NCBI GenBank assembly: GCA_943373175.1
Contig: CALSBM010000004.1
Span: 276-64,275 of the forward strand
Length of the DNA: 64,000 nucleotides
Source of the DNA: Chitinophaga pinensis
GTDB taxonomy: Bacteria > Bacteroidota > Bacteroidia > UBA7662 > JAIXUI01
Reading direction: 5' to 3'
The translations under genes and the position numbers were made by a program. Under the pieces are notes generated by a model that saw nothing but the letters and a program-made list of their open reading frames with translations, did not search any database and was not told where the DNA came from. Shown here one piece after another: positions 28,873-38,440 of this stretch (position 1 is its first letter; each line of letters opens with the position of its first letter).

Positions 28873-28877
28873 GTTAA

Positions 28878-31800
28878 TTAGCGTTGAATGACAATGAAGC
28901 CGCGGTAAATCGGTAAGTCTGGTCCTAGTTCAAGCAAGTAGAAATAGGTTCCGGCAGGGAGAGGTTCATTATTCCGATTAATTCCATTCCAATTATCCCG
29001 ATATGGCTGACCTGCCCAAACTTCATTACCCCACCGATTAATTATTGTAATCTTAGGATTAGAGTATTCCTTGATATTTTCAATGACGAAGAAATCATTG
29101 ATGTTATCCTCATTAGGTGAAAATCCACTTGGAATGATAGGAGGCTCAGCGGGCAGCACATACAATACAATTTCAGCAGAATCACAAACCGGTGGATTTA
29201 GTCCATTACACACCCGATACCGCATTCTATCTGTACCTACAAAGTCGGTTTGTGGCACATATCGCAAAAGGAGTTGGTTTTGTGTGTAAGTTCCCCTTGT
29301 AGGTGGGCTCAAAATAGTAACTCCTGCAAAAAGGACATTGTTGCTATCCCTATCGTTGATGGTTGGGTTAAATACTACTGGAGTATTCGCTCTTGTAAAG
29401 ACCGTATCGTTATTGGCTTTTACGTTAAAAATGCGCTTTTCTACCGTGATAACTATGATTGCTTCTAAACAATACTCGCCATTAGGTAAACCTGCACATA
29501 AGTAGTATCCGACCGTGTCTTTACCGAAAAATCCGCTATTCGCTGTATAAATGGCAGTACCGGCATTAAGGTCAAAGTTTACCAACCCGTTTTTAGGTGT
29601 TACTCCTGGATTGGCTTTGAAGTAAGTTGTTAAAGTGGAAGGTCGTGTATCGTTAGTGAAAAACGGAACGGTAACCGGGGTAGTTTCAGTAGTTGTTGCT
29701 GCATCGTTACGCGGGCGAATTCCTGGATTTAAAACTTGTATGAAAACAGTTGCCGTATCAGTTACCGGCAGATTATCCGTTTGTAAAGCCACAACATAGC
29801 GAAGGGTATCGCCACCAATGTAGCCATTGAATGGAGAATAAATAATGCTGTCGCCGATAAGGTTAGCCGTTCCATTCTTAGGTCCGCTTCCGGGAACAAT
29901 ACCTACAATTTTAGTTGTGCTGGTATCGATAATATCGTTTCCGTACTGATATATAGTAACTGGAGAATTGACCAATGTAACAGCCAAATCATCTTCTAAA
30001 TCAAGGTTTAGGTTCTCGATGTTGATAAAAATTTTGGCTGAATCACAGAATGGAATTGTGGTATTCACACATATTTGGTAAAGAATGGTGTCGCGTCCAA
30101 TAATATTCGGATTGGGTGTGTATTGAAAGAGGCTATCGCCAATTACTGTGATAGTGCCAAGTCTCGGATTTTGAGGAAAACTAATATGCCCCACTCTGAT
30201 TTGATTATTGAAAAGGTCATTGACCCGTGGATCAATCTTTTTTCTAACATTTCGTTTTACAATCACGGTATCGTTAACTGCTGTAAGATTGATTGGCTGA
30301 ACATTTATGTAAATGTAGGCTGTATCACAAACAGGCGGGTTTGGCTGAAGTAAGCATACCGTATAACACAAAGTATCTGCGCCTGAATAACCGGGAGTTG
30401 GAATGTAGTTGATTAAGCCGCCTGGCTGATTAAGTTGCGCACTACCATGTTTCGGTTGACAGGCTATTACGATGCTTGTTGGACCGGCAGGAATAGTATC
30501 GTTGTTTCTAGGATCAATGATGACTGGGGTATTGGAAGTTGTTGAGACAGTATCCGTAACAAGATTTATAGGATAAGGCTCTACATTGATAAAAATTAGC
30601 GCTGTATCACAATAGGGGACAGTTGGTGTAGGAGCGCACAACATGTAACAAATGGTATCTCTTCCTAAAAATCCCGGTGTAGGTATGTACTGAATTCCGT
30701 TAGTAGTTATCACCGTTGCATTTCCATTCTTCGGAGGACACGTAATGGTAATTGAGACTCCTGGAACGGTTTGGTCATTGATCATTGGTGGAATAACTAT
30801 AGGAGTATTTACATTGGCTCTTACTGTGTCGTTGACCGCATTGATAGGAATTGGAATTACATTGATAACAATCAGTGCTGTGTCGCACAGTGGGAAAGAG
30901 CCGCCATTGAAACATATCGAATACACGATAGTGTCTTTACCAAGAAATCCGGGATTAGGCGTGTATCGAATAGAATCAGTGCCAGGAATTGTCACTATGA
31001 TACCATTAGAAGGAAGCCTTACTATCCCAAGCCCAAGGTTGTTTTGGCTTGGCACAAAGTCATTTAAAAATGGATTAATCCAAGTCGGAGTATTGATTGA
31101 AGCATTGACAGTGTCATTAATGGCAACAAGGACGAGGGGAAGTACCTTAATCCTAATTACGGCAGTGTCGCAAATTCCATTGAAATTGTCACACAATTCA
31201 TAAATAATGGAATCGTTGCCACTAAAGAAACTTTGAGGCGTATAAACTACAGTGTCATTCGTAGCATTGATGAAGGATGTTCCGAAAAACGGCCCACTCA
31301 ATCTTCTCATGAAAACCTGATTGTTGTATAAATCGTTGAGTTTTGGGCGAATACTAATGGGGAAATTGACAAAAGTTATTACATCATCATCTTCAGCAAT
31401 AATAAAAGAGTTGCTACAACGAACTGATGCACGAGGAATAGCTATTCCTGTTATTGAACCACCGGTTGTGCCATTCGTAGCGCCATAGCTGGTACCAAAG
31501 TCAGGGCTGTTAGGGTTAGTAATAATTCCAGCATTTCCGCCACTAGCTTCAATGAAGGAGCCGGCAGGCACACTGCTTCGGAACATTACAACCCCACCAC
31601 CGCCGCCGCCGCCAGGGCCGTGAGACTGTGGGTTTGCTGCATTGTCAAGACTTCCTCCAAAGCCACCTCGAACAGAAGCCCTAACTTGACCGAAGAAGGT
31701 GTTTACATCCAGAACAATAGTGCCTCCGGCACCGCCTCCTGCCGAACCATCACGTCCGGTTAAAAGCGTTTGATTTTGTCCGTTTGCAGATATTGTATTT

Positions 31801-32765
31801 CCTGAAGTGAATAAACGATTGGCCATTAAAATAACTAATCCACCACCATTTCCTCCTTTACCTCCTTGTCGAGCAGCCTCATTTTGGTGAGCCCCACCGG
31901 CTCCTGAGCCGGGCCAGAACAAGTTGAAGTTATTGGTATAAGATGCTGATGTACCGCCAATACCACCGGTTGCGAGTGGGATTAAACCAAATTGAACAGC
32001 GGCAGTAGATTCATTACCTCCTTTTCCGCCAAGGCCAAAGTTCGCTCCACCACCTCCGCCGGTATTGTGGTTATTGCCACCACCACCCCCAGTGTATAGT
32101 TTTCCACGTCCACGTTCTTTAAAAACAGAAATGTTGACGATAGACTCTCCTTTCATCCCGGCTTTTCCTGTTTCAGAATTTCCGGTTTGAAGGTTATTGA
32201 AAAAATAGTTTTGGACTCCGTACTGAACATTTGGGCTTGATGGTTCGCCTCCCCTAAATCCACAAGTGTCGAGGTTGATGTTGCCTCCAAGGATTAGCGT
32301 ATCAATAGCATTAAGTATTAATATACCACCGGTATTACCATCCCATGGCTTTGCTCTGATTATCCCTGAGGTGGTTATTCGAGGTGCTGTTGGTATGGAT
32401 ACAATCTGAACCAAGTTATTGGGTTCATAATTTACTAAAGTCTGAAACCTCAAAAACAAGGTATCTAAAATGACGGTATCAACTTCGTTGATTTCTACTT
32501 TACCTGCATTTCCTAAACTAATCAAATCGCCAAAAGCAGGGCTATCAGAAGTATCTATTATAGCACCTTTCATTTGAGCGATAAGGATTTTCTCTCCCCG
32601 CTTGAATTGCTTTAGCTCCAATGAATCACCCAATAGTGAACATTGCCCGATAAACTGCTTAACAGCCGCGTACTTATTTACTACTCCTGGGCCTACCTGT
32701 AAGTTCTGTGAAGAGGCCAAGTGAAAGCAAAAGATTGCTATTAAGAGAGCACTCCATTTCTTCAT
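28878..32765 (-). CDS. large T9SS cargo adhesin with type-B (gliding motility-associated) C-terminal sorting domain
   Basis: 1295 aa. Signal peptide, Gly-rich region, about seven tandem ~95-aa repeats each carrying NDTV...CDTA.I.INV, and a C-terminus FSPNEDNINDFFVIENI...GTYFYLLEL typical of type-B CTDs. Confidence 0.75.
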   Translation of the reverse strand: MKKWSALLIAIFCFHLASSQNLQVGPGVVNKYAAVKQFIGQCSLLGDSLELKQFKRGEKILIAQMKGAIIDTSDSPAFGDLISLGNAGKVEINEVDTVILDTLFLRFQTLVNYEPNNLVQIVSIPTAPRITTSGIIRAKPWDGNTGGILILNAIDTLILGGNINLDTCGFRGGEPSSPNVQYGVQNYFFNNLQTGNSETGKAGMKGESIVNISVFKERGRGKLYTGGGGGNNHNTGGGGGANFGLGGKGGNESTAAVQFGLIPLATGGIGGTSASYTNNFNLFWPGSGAGGAHQNEAARQGGKGGNGGGLVILMANRLFTSGNTISANGQNQTLLTGRDGSAGGGAGGTIVLDVNTFFGQVRASVRGGFGGSLDNAANPQSHGPGGGGGGGVVMFRSSVPAGSFIEASGGNAGIITNPNSPDFGTSYGATNGTTGGSITGIAIPRASVRCSNSFIIAEDDDVITFVNFPISIRPKLNDLYNNQVFMRRLSGPFFGTSFINATNDTVVYTPQSFFSGNDSIIYELCDNFNGICDTAVIRIKVLPLVLVAINDTVNASINTPTWINPFLNDFVPSQNNLGLGIVRLPSNGIIVTIPGTDSIRYTPNPGFLGKDTIVYSICFNGGSFPLCDTALIVINVIPIPINAVNDTVRANVNTPIVIPPMINDQTVPGVSITITCPPKNGNATVITTNGIQYIPTPGFLGRDTICYMLCAPTPTVPYCDTALIFINVEPYPINLVTDTVSTTSNTPVIIDPRNNDTIPAGPTSIVIACQPKHGSAQLNQPGGLINYIPTPGYSGADTLCYTVCLLQPNPPVCDTAYIYINVQPINLTAVNDTVIVKRNVRKKIDPRVNDLFNNQIRVGHISFPQNPRLGTITVIGDSLFQYTPNPNIIGRDTILYQICVNTTIPFCDSAKIFINIENLNLDLEDDLAVTLVNSPVTIYQYGNDIIDTSTTKIVGIVPGSGPKNGTANLIGDSIIYSPFNGYIGGDTLRYVVALQTDNLPVTDTATVFIQVLNPGIRPRNDAATTTETTPVTVPFFTNDTRPSTLTTYFKANPGVTPKNGLVNFDLNAGTAIYTANSGFFGKDTVGYYLCAGLPNGEYCLEAIIVITVEKRIFNVKANNDTVFTRANTPVVFNPTINDRDSNNVLFAGVTILSPPTRGTYTQNQLLLRYVPQTDFVGTDRMRYRVCNGLNPPVCDSAEIVLYVLPAEPPIIPSGFSPNEDNINDFFVIENIKEYSNPKITIINRWGNEVWAGQPYRDNWNGINRNNEPLPAGTYFYLLELGPDLPIYRGFIVIQR

Positions 32766-32869
32766 GATGCAAAAATGTCTATTAATTTCTCAACAGCGCG
32801 ACGACTTTACCTTATTTAGATAAAGTTCTATAATAAACCGATAAGTCCTATTTATCGAAGCATTTGGCT

Positions 32870-33670
32870 TTAAATCGGCAACACCCAAGTACTAACACCT
32901 TGGTATTTATTCATCTCATGCATTTTTTGAACTGCCTCAAAATCAGTGTCAATGGGAAATGTTGCAACCCGAATCAACCCTGAAGGGCCTGGAATCATCG
33001 CGCTTTCGATTCCTTTTGACTCCATAAACTTCATCCAGCGCTGTGCGTTTTCTACTTTCGCAAAGACTCCACTTACAAGGACGAACGACTTCTGAACGGA
33101 TAAAGAGGTATGAAAGTAAGGCTCAGGTACTGATTGCGTTGAATTGCTGCTTTCGATAACGGATAAGGAGGATTGAAAGTCCGGCAAATTTATGGATTGA
33201 CCAATGCCAGCTTGTAACTGCTTGTTTACAGGCCGATAAAGCATTCCGACCATTAGAAAGAAAGATAGCAGAACAAACAACCATTTTCTTGTACTTCTTT
33301 CTGAAACTGGTGTTAGCTGAACTATTTCTAAGGAAGTTGACGGAGCTACCGTAGGTAAAATTTCAGATAGACTTAACCATTCTCGAATAGGGAGTACCTT
33401 CTGAGTATTAAACAAATGATTGTAATGCGATGCCTGATGATGCAGCCATTTCAAAAGTTCAGGATCATTACTAATTCTTGACGATTCCTGCGGAAATCCA
33501 TCGTTAGAACCAGATTGTACTCGCTCTAACACCCATTCAGGAGCTGAAAGCGTATTAGTTAAGGAGTTATACGAAGAAGGCAATCGTATCAAGCGAATAA
33601 ATCCTACGCCCGGCCAGTAAAAACTGCCTACTGAACGTAAATGAGAGAGTATAGCTTGAGGATAGTTCAC
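32870..33670 (-). CDS. membrane-anchored protein with C-terminal SPOR-like domain
   Basis: 266 aa. One TM (WLFVLLSFFLMVGMLY). The C-terminal ~75 aa (FVLVSGVFAKVENAQRWMKFMESKGI...LIRVATFP) resembles a SPOR peptidoglycan-binding fold. Confidence 0.4.
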   Translation of the reverse strand: MNYPQAILSHLRSVGSFYWPGVGFIRLIRLPSSYNSLTNTLSAPEWVLERVQSGSNDGFPQESSRISNDPELLKWLHHQASHYNHLFNTQKVLPIREWLSLSEILPTVAPSTSLEIVQLTPVSERSTRKWLFVLLSFFLMVGMLYRPVNKQLQAGIGQSINLPDFQSSLSVIESSNSTQSVPEPYFHTSLSVQKSFVLVSGVFAKVENAQRWMKFMESKGIESAMIPGPSGLIRVATFPIDTDFEAVQKMHEMNKYQGVSTWVLPI

Positions 33671-33675
33671 TTTAG

Positions 33676-35319
33676 TTAAAGTTGAATGCTCAAACCGACT
33701 AAGGCCTGAATTCCATAAGACGGATAATTATACCATCTCACGTACCTCATGGAAGCCAAGTTGAGTACCTGAGCAAAGATGCTGGTTTTGCGGTTATATG
33801 CGTAAACAACCCTACCACTAAAATCCAATAAAAATGGAAAATGTTCTTCTTGCTCAAGCAGGTTGAGTGCACGAATGCCTTCCATTCCGGTTGCTTCTAC
33901 TTTCACTTGCCACTTTGAGTCGATGTTATACTTTAGTTTGGCATCCACAGTCCATCGTGGAGTTTGCCAAGGAGTTTTCATCGTATCAAGCATTAAGTGT
34001 CGATATCTAACACCCGTTTCTATTGCCCATGAGTTACTGAACTGCCATTGGTACCTTAATTCGGCACTAAACTGAGTGGTTTGTGGATCGTAATCCGGCA
34101 ACAAGTAGGGGCCTAAATTTTTAAAGAACATCATATTGTCGGTTCTGGAATAACAGAGAATTGCATTCAATTGACTGTTTGGGCTTAGAAGGTGGCTGCC
34201 AGAAACTTTGATTTGGATTGAAGGACTATTGAGCAGCAATAAATCAGTTCCTGAGAAAGGACTTTGAGTCATTAGACTCAAGAATGTATTCGCTTGAACA
34301 TCTCCTTGTAAGGCAACATCAAGCTGTGTTTTGCGATTTAGGCTCAGCCAGCGAAATCCAAAATCAGGGAAAAGCCGAAGCTTATTTTCAATGCTGTCGC
34401 CTACATAAACGATTCGCAGGCCCATTCCTGCTTCCCATTGGCTGCCTTTCAGTACATAACGTGGGCTTAAATGAATCATGTTTCGGGAGATACCAGCAAG
34501 CAAACCTTGGTAGTTGGAATAGAAGTACCTCGCACTCCAATCGATAAGTTGATCTGAAAGCACAACTCTACCATTTCCTTTAACTTGAAATTGCTGTTCG
34601 CTTTGCCCTTTCTTATCATTAAGGATATGCGATAATACCTCGGCATGAAAACCTTGTCCGAGACTGTCGTAAGCAGCATTAGAAACTCCGGCTTTGATGG
34701 TAAATAGATTATAGTGTTGAGCCTCTGCTTCTGAAGGAGTATTGGTGAAGCCACTTAACTTGGTACTATCAACTCCATAATACCGTACTGCCTGCCGATC
34801 AAAAGTAATTCCGCCAGAGTATCGCCAGTTTTTACGGTATAAATGTCCATCAAGGCTTGCCATGGTTTCGCCGTAATTAACGTTTCTGAAAGTAGTTCCT
34901 TCTCTATCAATTGAACCGGAGGAATTTAAATGGCGCACATTCAGACTTAAATCCCATGTTTTATTCTGAATGGTGTTTAGACTTAAACCAAGAAAGGGCG
35001 TGTTGTAAGTACCGAAACCAACGGTAATCCTGTTAGATTTATGTACTACCTGTGGGTCTATTATCGACTTAGAAAGGCCAACAGGATTTAGTTTAAAATC
35101 GCCAGGACTAAGATTTTGGATTGGCTTATATTGAAATTTTGGCCTCTCGGGATCAAATTGAGGCAACTCCGGCTTGAGTTGTATTTTTATCGCTTCAGCT
35201 AAGGTCGGTTGATACTGTCGCGTAAGTTTTAACGAATCAACTTTAAAGTCGTCTCTCCCTTGCCCTTGAAGCTGAACAACTGCCAACATCATTGAAAGCA
35301 GAAAAATTAATTTTTTCAT
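33676..35319 (-). CDS. hypothetical secreted protein, probable outer-membrane beta-barrel
   Basis: 547 aa with a signal peptide. Alternating hydrophobic/aromatic beta-strand-like pattern throughout. Confidence 0.35.
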   Translation of the reverse strand: MKKLIFLLSMMLAVVQLQGQGRDDFKVDSLKLTRQYQPTLAEAIKIQLKPELPQFDPERPKFQYKPIQNLSPGDFKLNPVGLSKSIIDPQVVHKSNRITVGFGTYNTPFLGLSLNTIQNKTWDLSLNVRHLNSSGSIDREGTTFRNVNYGETMASLDGHLYRKNWRYSGGITFDRQAVRYYGVDSTKLSGFTNTPSEAEAQHYNLFTIKAGVSNAAYDSLGQGFHAEVLSHILNDKKGQSEQQFQVKGNGRVVLSDQLIDWSARYFYSNYQGLLAGISRNMIHLSPRYVLKGSQWEAGMGLRIVYVGDSIENKLRLFPDFGFRWLSLNRKTQLDVALQGDVQANTFLSLMTQSPFSGTDLLLLNSPSIQIKVSGSHLLSPNSQLNAILCYSRTDNMMFFKNLGPYLLPDYDPQTTQFSAELRYQWQFSNSWAIETGVRYRHLMLDTMKTPWQTPRWTVDAKLKYNIDSKWQVKVEATGMEGIRALNLLEQEEHFPFLLDFSGRVVYAYNRKTSIFAQVLNLASMRYVRWYNYPSYGIQALVGLSIQL

Positions 35320-35321
35320 TG

Positions 35322-38300
35322 CTAATCCTCCTGTAGTTGAGTGGCTGGTTTTTTAATCTGTTCTAACAACTGCTTAGCTTCAGCAATGACTTTAGGGCCA
35401 TCATGATTGTCGATAACTGATTTTAATGTAGCAATGGCCTGAGTAGAATTGCCTTGTTCATTATAAACCCTTGCGAGGAGAATAAAAGAGCGCGCTACCC
35501 ATTCATCGAAGTAAGGCATTTTCGCTGCCAAATCGAATATCACGGATTGGGCAGTACTCCATTCTTTTCTCATAAAATGGGTTTTAGCCATTAGGTACCT
35601 GGCTTCGGCTGCCTTTATATTTTTTTGTGCTTCATACACCTTAGTAAACTCTATCATTGCTTGTGGATAATCGGCATTTTCTAATGCTAACTGACCCAAT
35701 ATTAAAGAGGCAGATTGTTTAGCTTCGGTTGTAGCGATATCATATCCAAGGACTTTCAAAGCGAACTGTTGTGATTTACTTTTTTGCTGAAGGCCAAAGT
35801 TAAGTTCCATCAGATTGAGGGAAGCCTCAAGTTGAGCTGCCTTGTTTTCACTCGAAAGAAGTAGTTTTTCAGCCGCTTCTATACTTCCCGTTGAGTCTTT
35901 TATGGAACGTTTAAATGCCATTAGTTTCAGCAGCGACTTCTCTGAATAACTGTTTACAGGCTGTTGGCTCACATATTGAAAATCTTCTATTGCTTTGAGT
36001 GTGTCCTTTACCTTTTCATGGCATTCGGCCCGCATTTGATGGGCTTGTAAGGCAAAATATCCGTCGGGGAACTTAGTGAGGTATTTGCTCAGTTCCTTAA
36101 TCGTACGGTTGCAATCACCAGATTGGCTTAATTTTAACGCTGCCTCAAAACTTACTGAATCAACTTCAGAAGTAGTAAAACTGGCACTTGGAACTGTTTT
36201 CAGGAAATCATAAAACTGGTCAACTTCGTTTTTCGAAACGTAAATCGCCTTAATTCCTGCGATAGCATCACGTGCTTCTGCACTTTTGGGTGCTAAGCTG
36301 ACAGTTTTTCTATATGCCTCAAGGGCCTTTTCGTCTTGGTCGCTGTTGTAATAAATTAAGCCTTTGAGGTTGTATGCCTGTCGGATATAATTGCTATTTG
36401 GCCGTCCTGTAATCAGCTTATCCAATTGAATCAATGCTTCTTGAGGCTGATCCATGGCCACATAAGTATTGGACAGGTCCATGAGCGCGTTATCTGCGTA
36501 CGCTGATTGCGGAAATAAGGTGTTTAACCTTTTCAATAATTCTATTTTTCTAGTATTCTCAGCTCTCAACCCATGAATTGTCGCTTTTTGATATAAAGCA
36601 TAATCTGTTCCTGGAGCATTTCGGTTTATTACCCGATCATAGAACAATAATGCTTTAGGGTAATCTGCCAACGCGAAGGCTGCATCAGCAGTTCTTGCTA
36701 TCATATCGGGAATTAGGATTTTATAATCTTCATTCTGGTTATATCGCAGTGGAGATTTTTGCACTAAATCGAACCCTAACTCCCATTCTTTAAACGCTGC
36801 AGCATAATTTTTAGCGAGATAATGAACGTATCCGGCAGTATATCGACAACTCAATTCATTTACGCTTACTGGTAGCTCTTCTTTACCACTCATTTCAATG
36901 AAACTCCTGTGAAATGCCAATGCTTCTGAATACTGATTCAACTTGTAGGCAGATTCACCAGCCCAAAAAGTAGCCATTAACCTTATTTTATTCTCATAAG
37001 GGTGTTCTAAGGACTTCTTAAAGAAGCTTAATGCTTGCGAATAGTCGTTTTCGTTAAACAATTCTACCCCTCGGTAAAAGGTAACTTGCTGAAAAACTTT
37101 TCTGTTTTCAACGGTTTTGTCTTCAACACTATCTAATACTTCTGCCGCTTGTCTGAAATTTCTAGATGAAAGAAGCAGTTTCCCAATCATGTTCCTCACT
37201 TCATCCCCCATTTTTGATTTTGGAAACAACTGAAGAAACTGTTGAAGTCCACTTAAAGCTTGTGCCTGAAGTCCCAATTCCTGTAAAAGTTTGGCAGAAT
37301 TGAAAGCAGATAGCTCACGAATTGCCTTATTATAGGAAAAGCCAGAGGAAAGTTCAAAAGCTTTTTGAGCTTTGTCTTTTTCTTGCAAAGATAAATGGCA
37401 CTCTGCCGAAACATAAGCAGCCATTTGAGCAAGTGAATCTTGCTTAGCAACCGGTTTATTTAAAAGAGTAATTGCTTCTTTAAACTGATTGTTTTTCCAT
37501 GCGGAAAAACCTGCCTGAAATGATTCGATGTTCCCCGGTTTAGCTGTTTTTTCTAAATAAATTTTGAAGTAAGGCCAAGCTTTTTCATAGTTATGTTTCA
37601 TAAAAAATGCCTGAGCAGTAACTAATGCAAAAGACTCTCGTTGTTTTTGGTCTTTTTTGTCAGCCGAGGGTTGGGTAGCGAGGATAACTTTATCGTATTC
37701 TTTCTGACTAAAAAAAAGCTGCGCAAGTAACAAGGAAGCCGAAATCCCATACTGCTTACTTCCCGTTACAGGAATAAGGTAATCGGGAACTTTAGCATAT
37801 CGTTCCAATTTAAAGCTAGCATAACCCGCAAAGTAAGAAGCCATTTCATCCATCTCAGATTGAGGATCCCGTAAATCTCCCCATTGTGTGACGGCTTCTT
37901 GGTATCGGGCTTTTTGTACCAAGGCAACAAGCCTCATCGCTCCAAGCTCACTGTTCTGCTTTTCATCCAAAACTTCGCTCGCAATTGTTGGAAAATCATT
38001 GACAGCCTCCCATTTTCGGGCTTTAAACTCCGATTTCAACCAATAATACCTTGCTTTATCAGATAAAAAATGAGAAGGATAACGGTTGATAGCTCGTTTT
38101 AACTGACTAACAGCATCGGAAGTTTCGGATTCCGCCGAACAAAAAGCGTCATAATAGTATGCAATCGCCCAATCTCCTTCCCCTTCTTGGTTATTGAAGC
38201 TGGCATGTCGTTTCATCCAGCGATTTAGAAAAACCTGAGAGGAGGCATACTGCTCGGCATCGAACAGGTCTAATCCTTCCCGTAAATCAGAAGATTGTGG

Positions 38301-38399
38301 CTGAAACCATCGGTTTTGCTGGGCTTTTGCAGGGATGCTCCAAATCAACCCCAAAAGGAAGATGAAAAACACCCTTGCCGGCAACTGTCGGTAAGTCAT
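35322..38399 (-). CDS. large tetratricopeptide-repeat protein (secreted)
   Basis: 1025 aa with a signal peptide. Many W/Y-x-A-x-Y/F TPR-like helices along the whole length. Confidence 0.55.
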   Translation of the reverse strand: MTYRQLPARVFFIFLLGLIWSIPAKAQQNRWFQPQSSDLREGLDLFDAEQYASSQVFLNRWMKRHASFNNQEGEGDWAIAYYYDAFCSAESETSDAVSQLKRAINRYPSHFLSDKARYYWLKSEFKARKWEAVNDFPTIASEVLDEKQNSELGAMRLVALVQKARYQEAVTQWGDLRDPQSEMDEMASYFAGYASFKLERYAKVPDYLIPVTGSKQYGISASLLLAQLFFSQKEYDKVILATQPSADKKDQKQRESFALVTAQAFFMKHNYEKAWPYFKIYLEKTAKPGNIESFQAGFSAWKNNQFKEAITLLNKPVAKQDSLAQMAAYVSAECHLSLQEKDKAQKAFELSSGFSYNKAIRELSAFNSAKLLQELGLQAQALSGLQQFLQLFPKSKMGDEVRNMIGKLLLSSRNFRQAAEVLDSVEDKTVENRKVFQQVTFYRGVELFNENDYSQALSFFKKSLEHPYENKIRLMATFWAGESAYKLNQYSEALAFHRSFIEMSGKEELPVSVNELSCRYTAGYVHYLAKNYAAAFKEWELGFDLVQKSPLRYNQNEDYKILIPDMIARTADAAFALADYPKALLFYDRVINRNAPGTDYALYQKATIHGLRAENTRKIELLKRLNTLFPQSAYADNALMDLSNTYVAMDQPQEALIQLDKLITGRPNSNYIRQAYNLKGLIYYNSDQDEKALEAYRKTVSLAPKSAEARDAIAGIKAIYVSKNEVDQFYDFLKTVPSASFTTSEVDSVSFEAALKLSQSGDCNRTIKELSKYLTKFPDGYFALQAHQMRAECHEKVKDTLKAIEDFQYVSQQPVNSYSEKSLLKLMAFKRSIKDSTGSIEAAEKLLLSSENKAAQLEASLNLMELNFGLQQKSKSQQFALKVLGYDIATTEAKQSASLILGQLALENADYPQAMIEFTKVYEAQKNIKAAEARYLMAKTHFMRKEWSTAQSVIFDLAAKMPYFDEWVARSFILLARVYNEQGNSTQAIATLKSVIDNHDGPKVIAEAKQLLEQIKKPATQLQED

Positions 38400-38440
38400 G
38401 CGTTGAATTTAACACGGAATATGTGCTTAACGCAGCACTT

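Noticed and set aside
30745-31203. Antisense ORFs (152 aa, 98 aa and others at 29071-30353) on the plus strand inside the adhesin gene
   Set aside because: They lie wholly within a long repeat-rich, Gly/Thr/Asn-codon-biased gene on the other strand. Such shadow ORFs are expected from the repetitive codon composition. There is no independent start context or motif.
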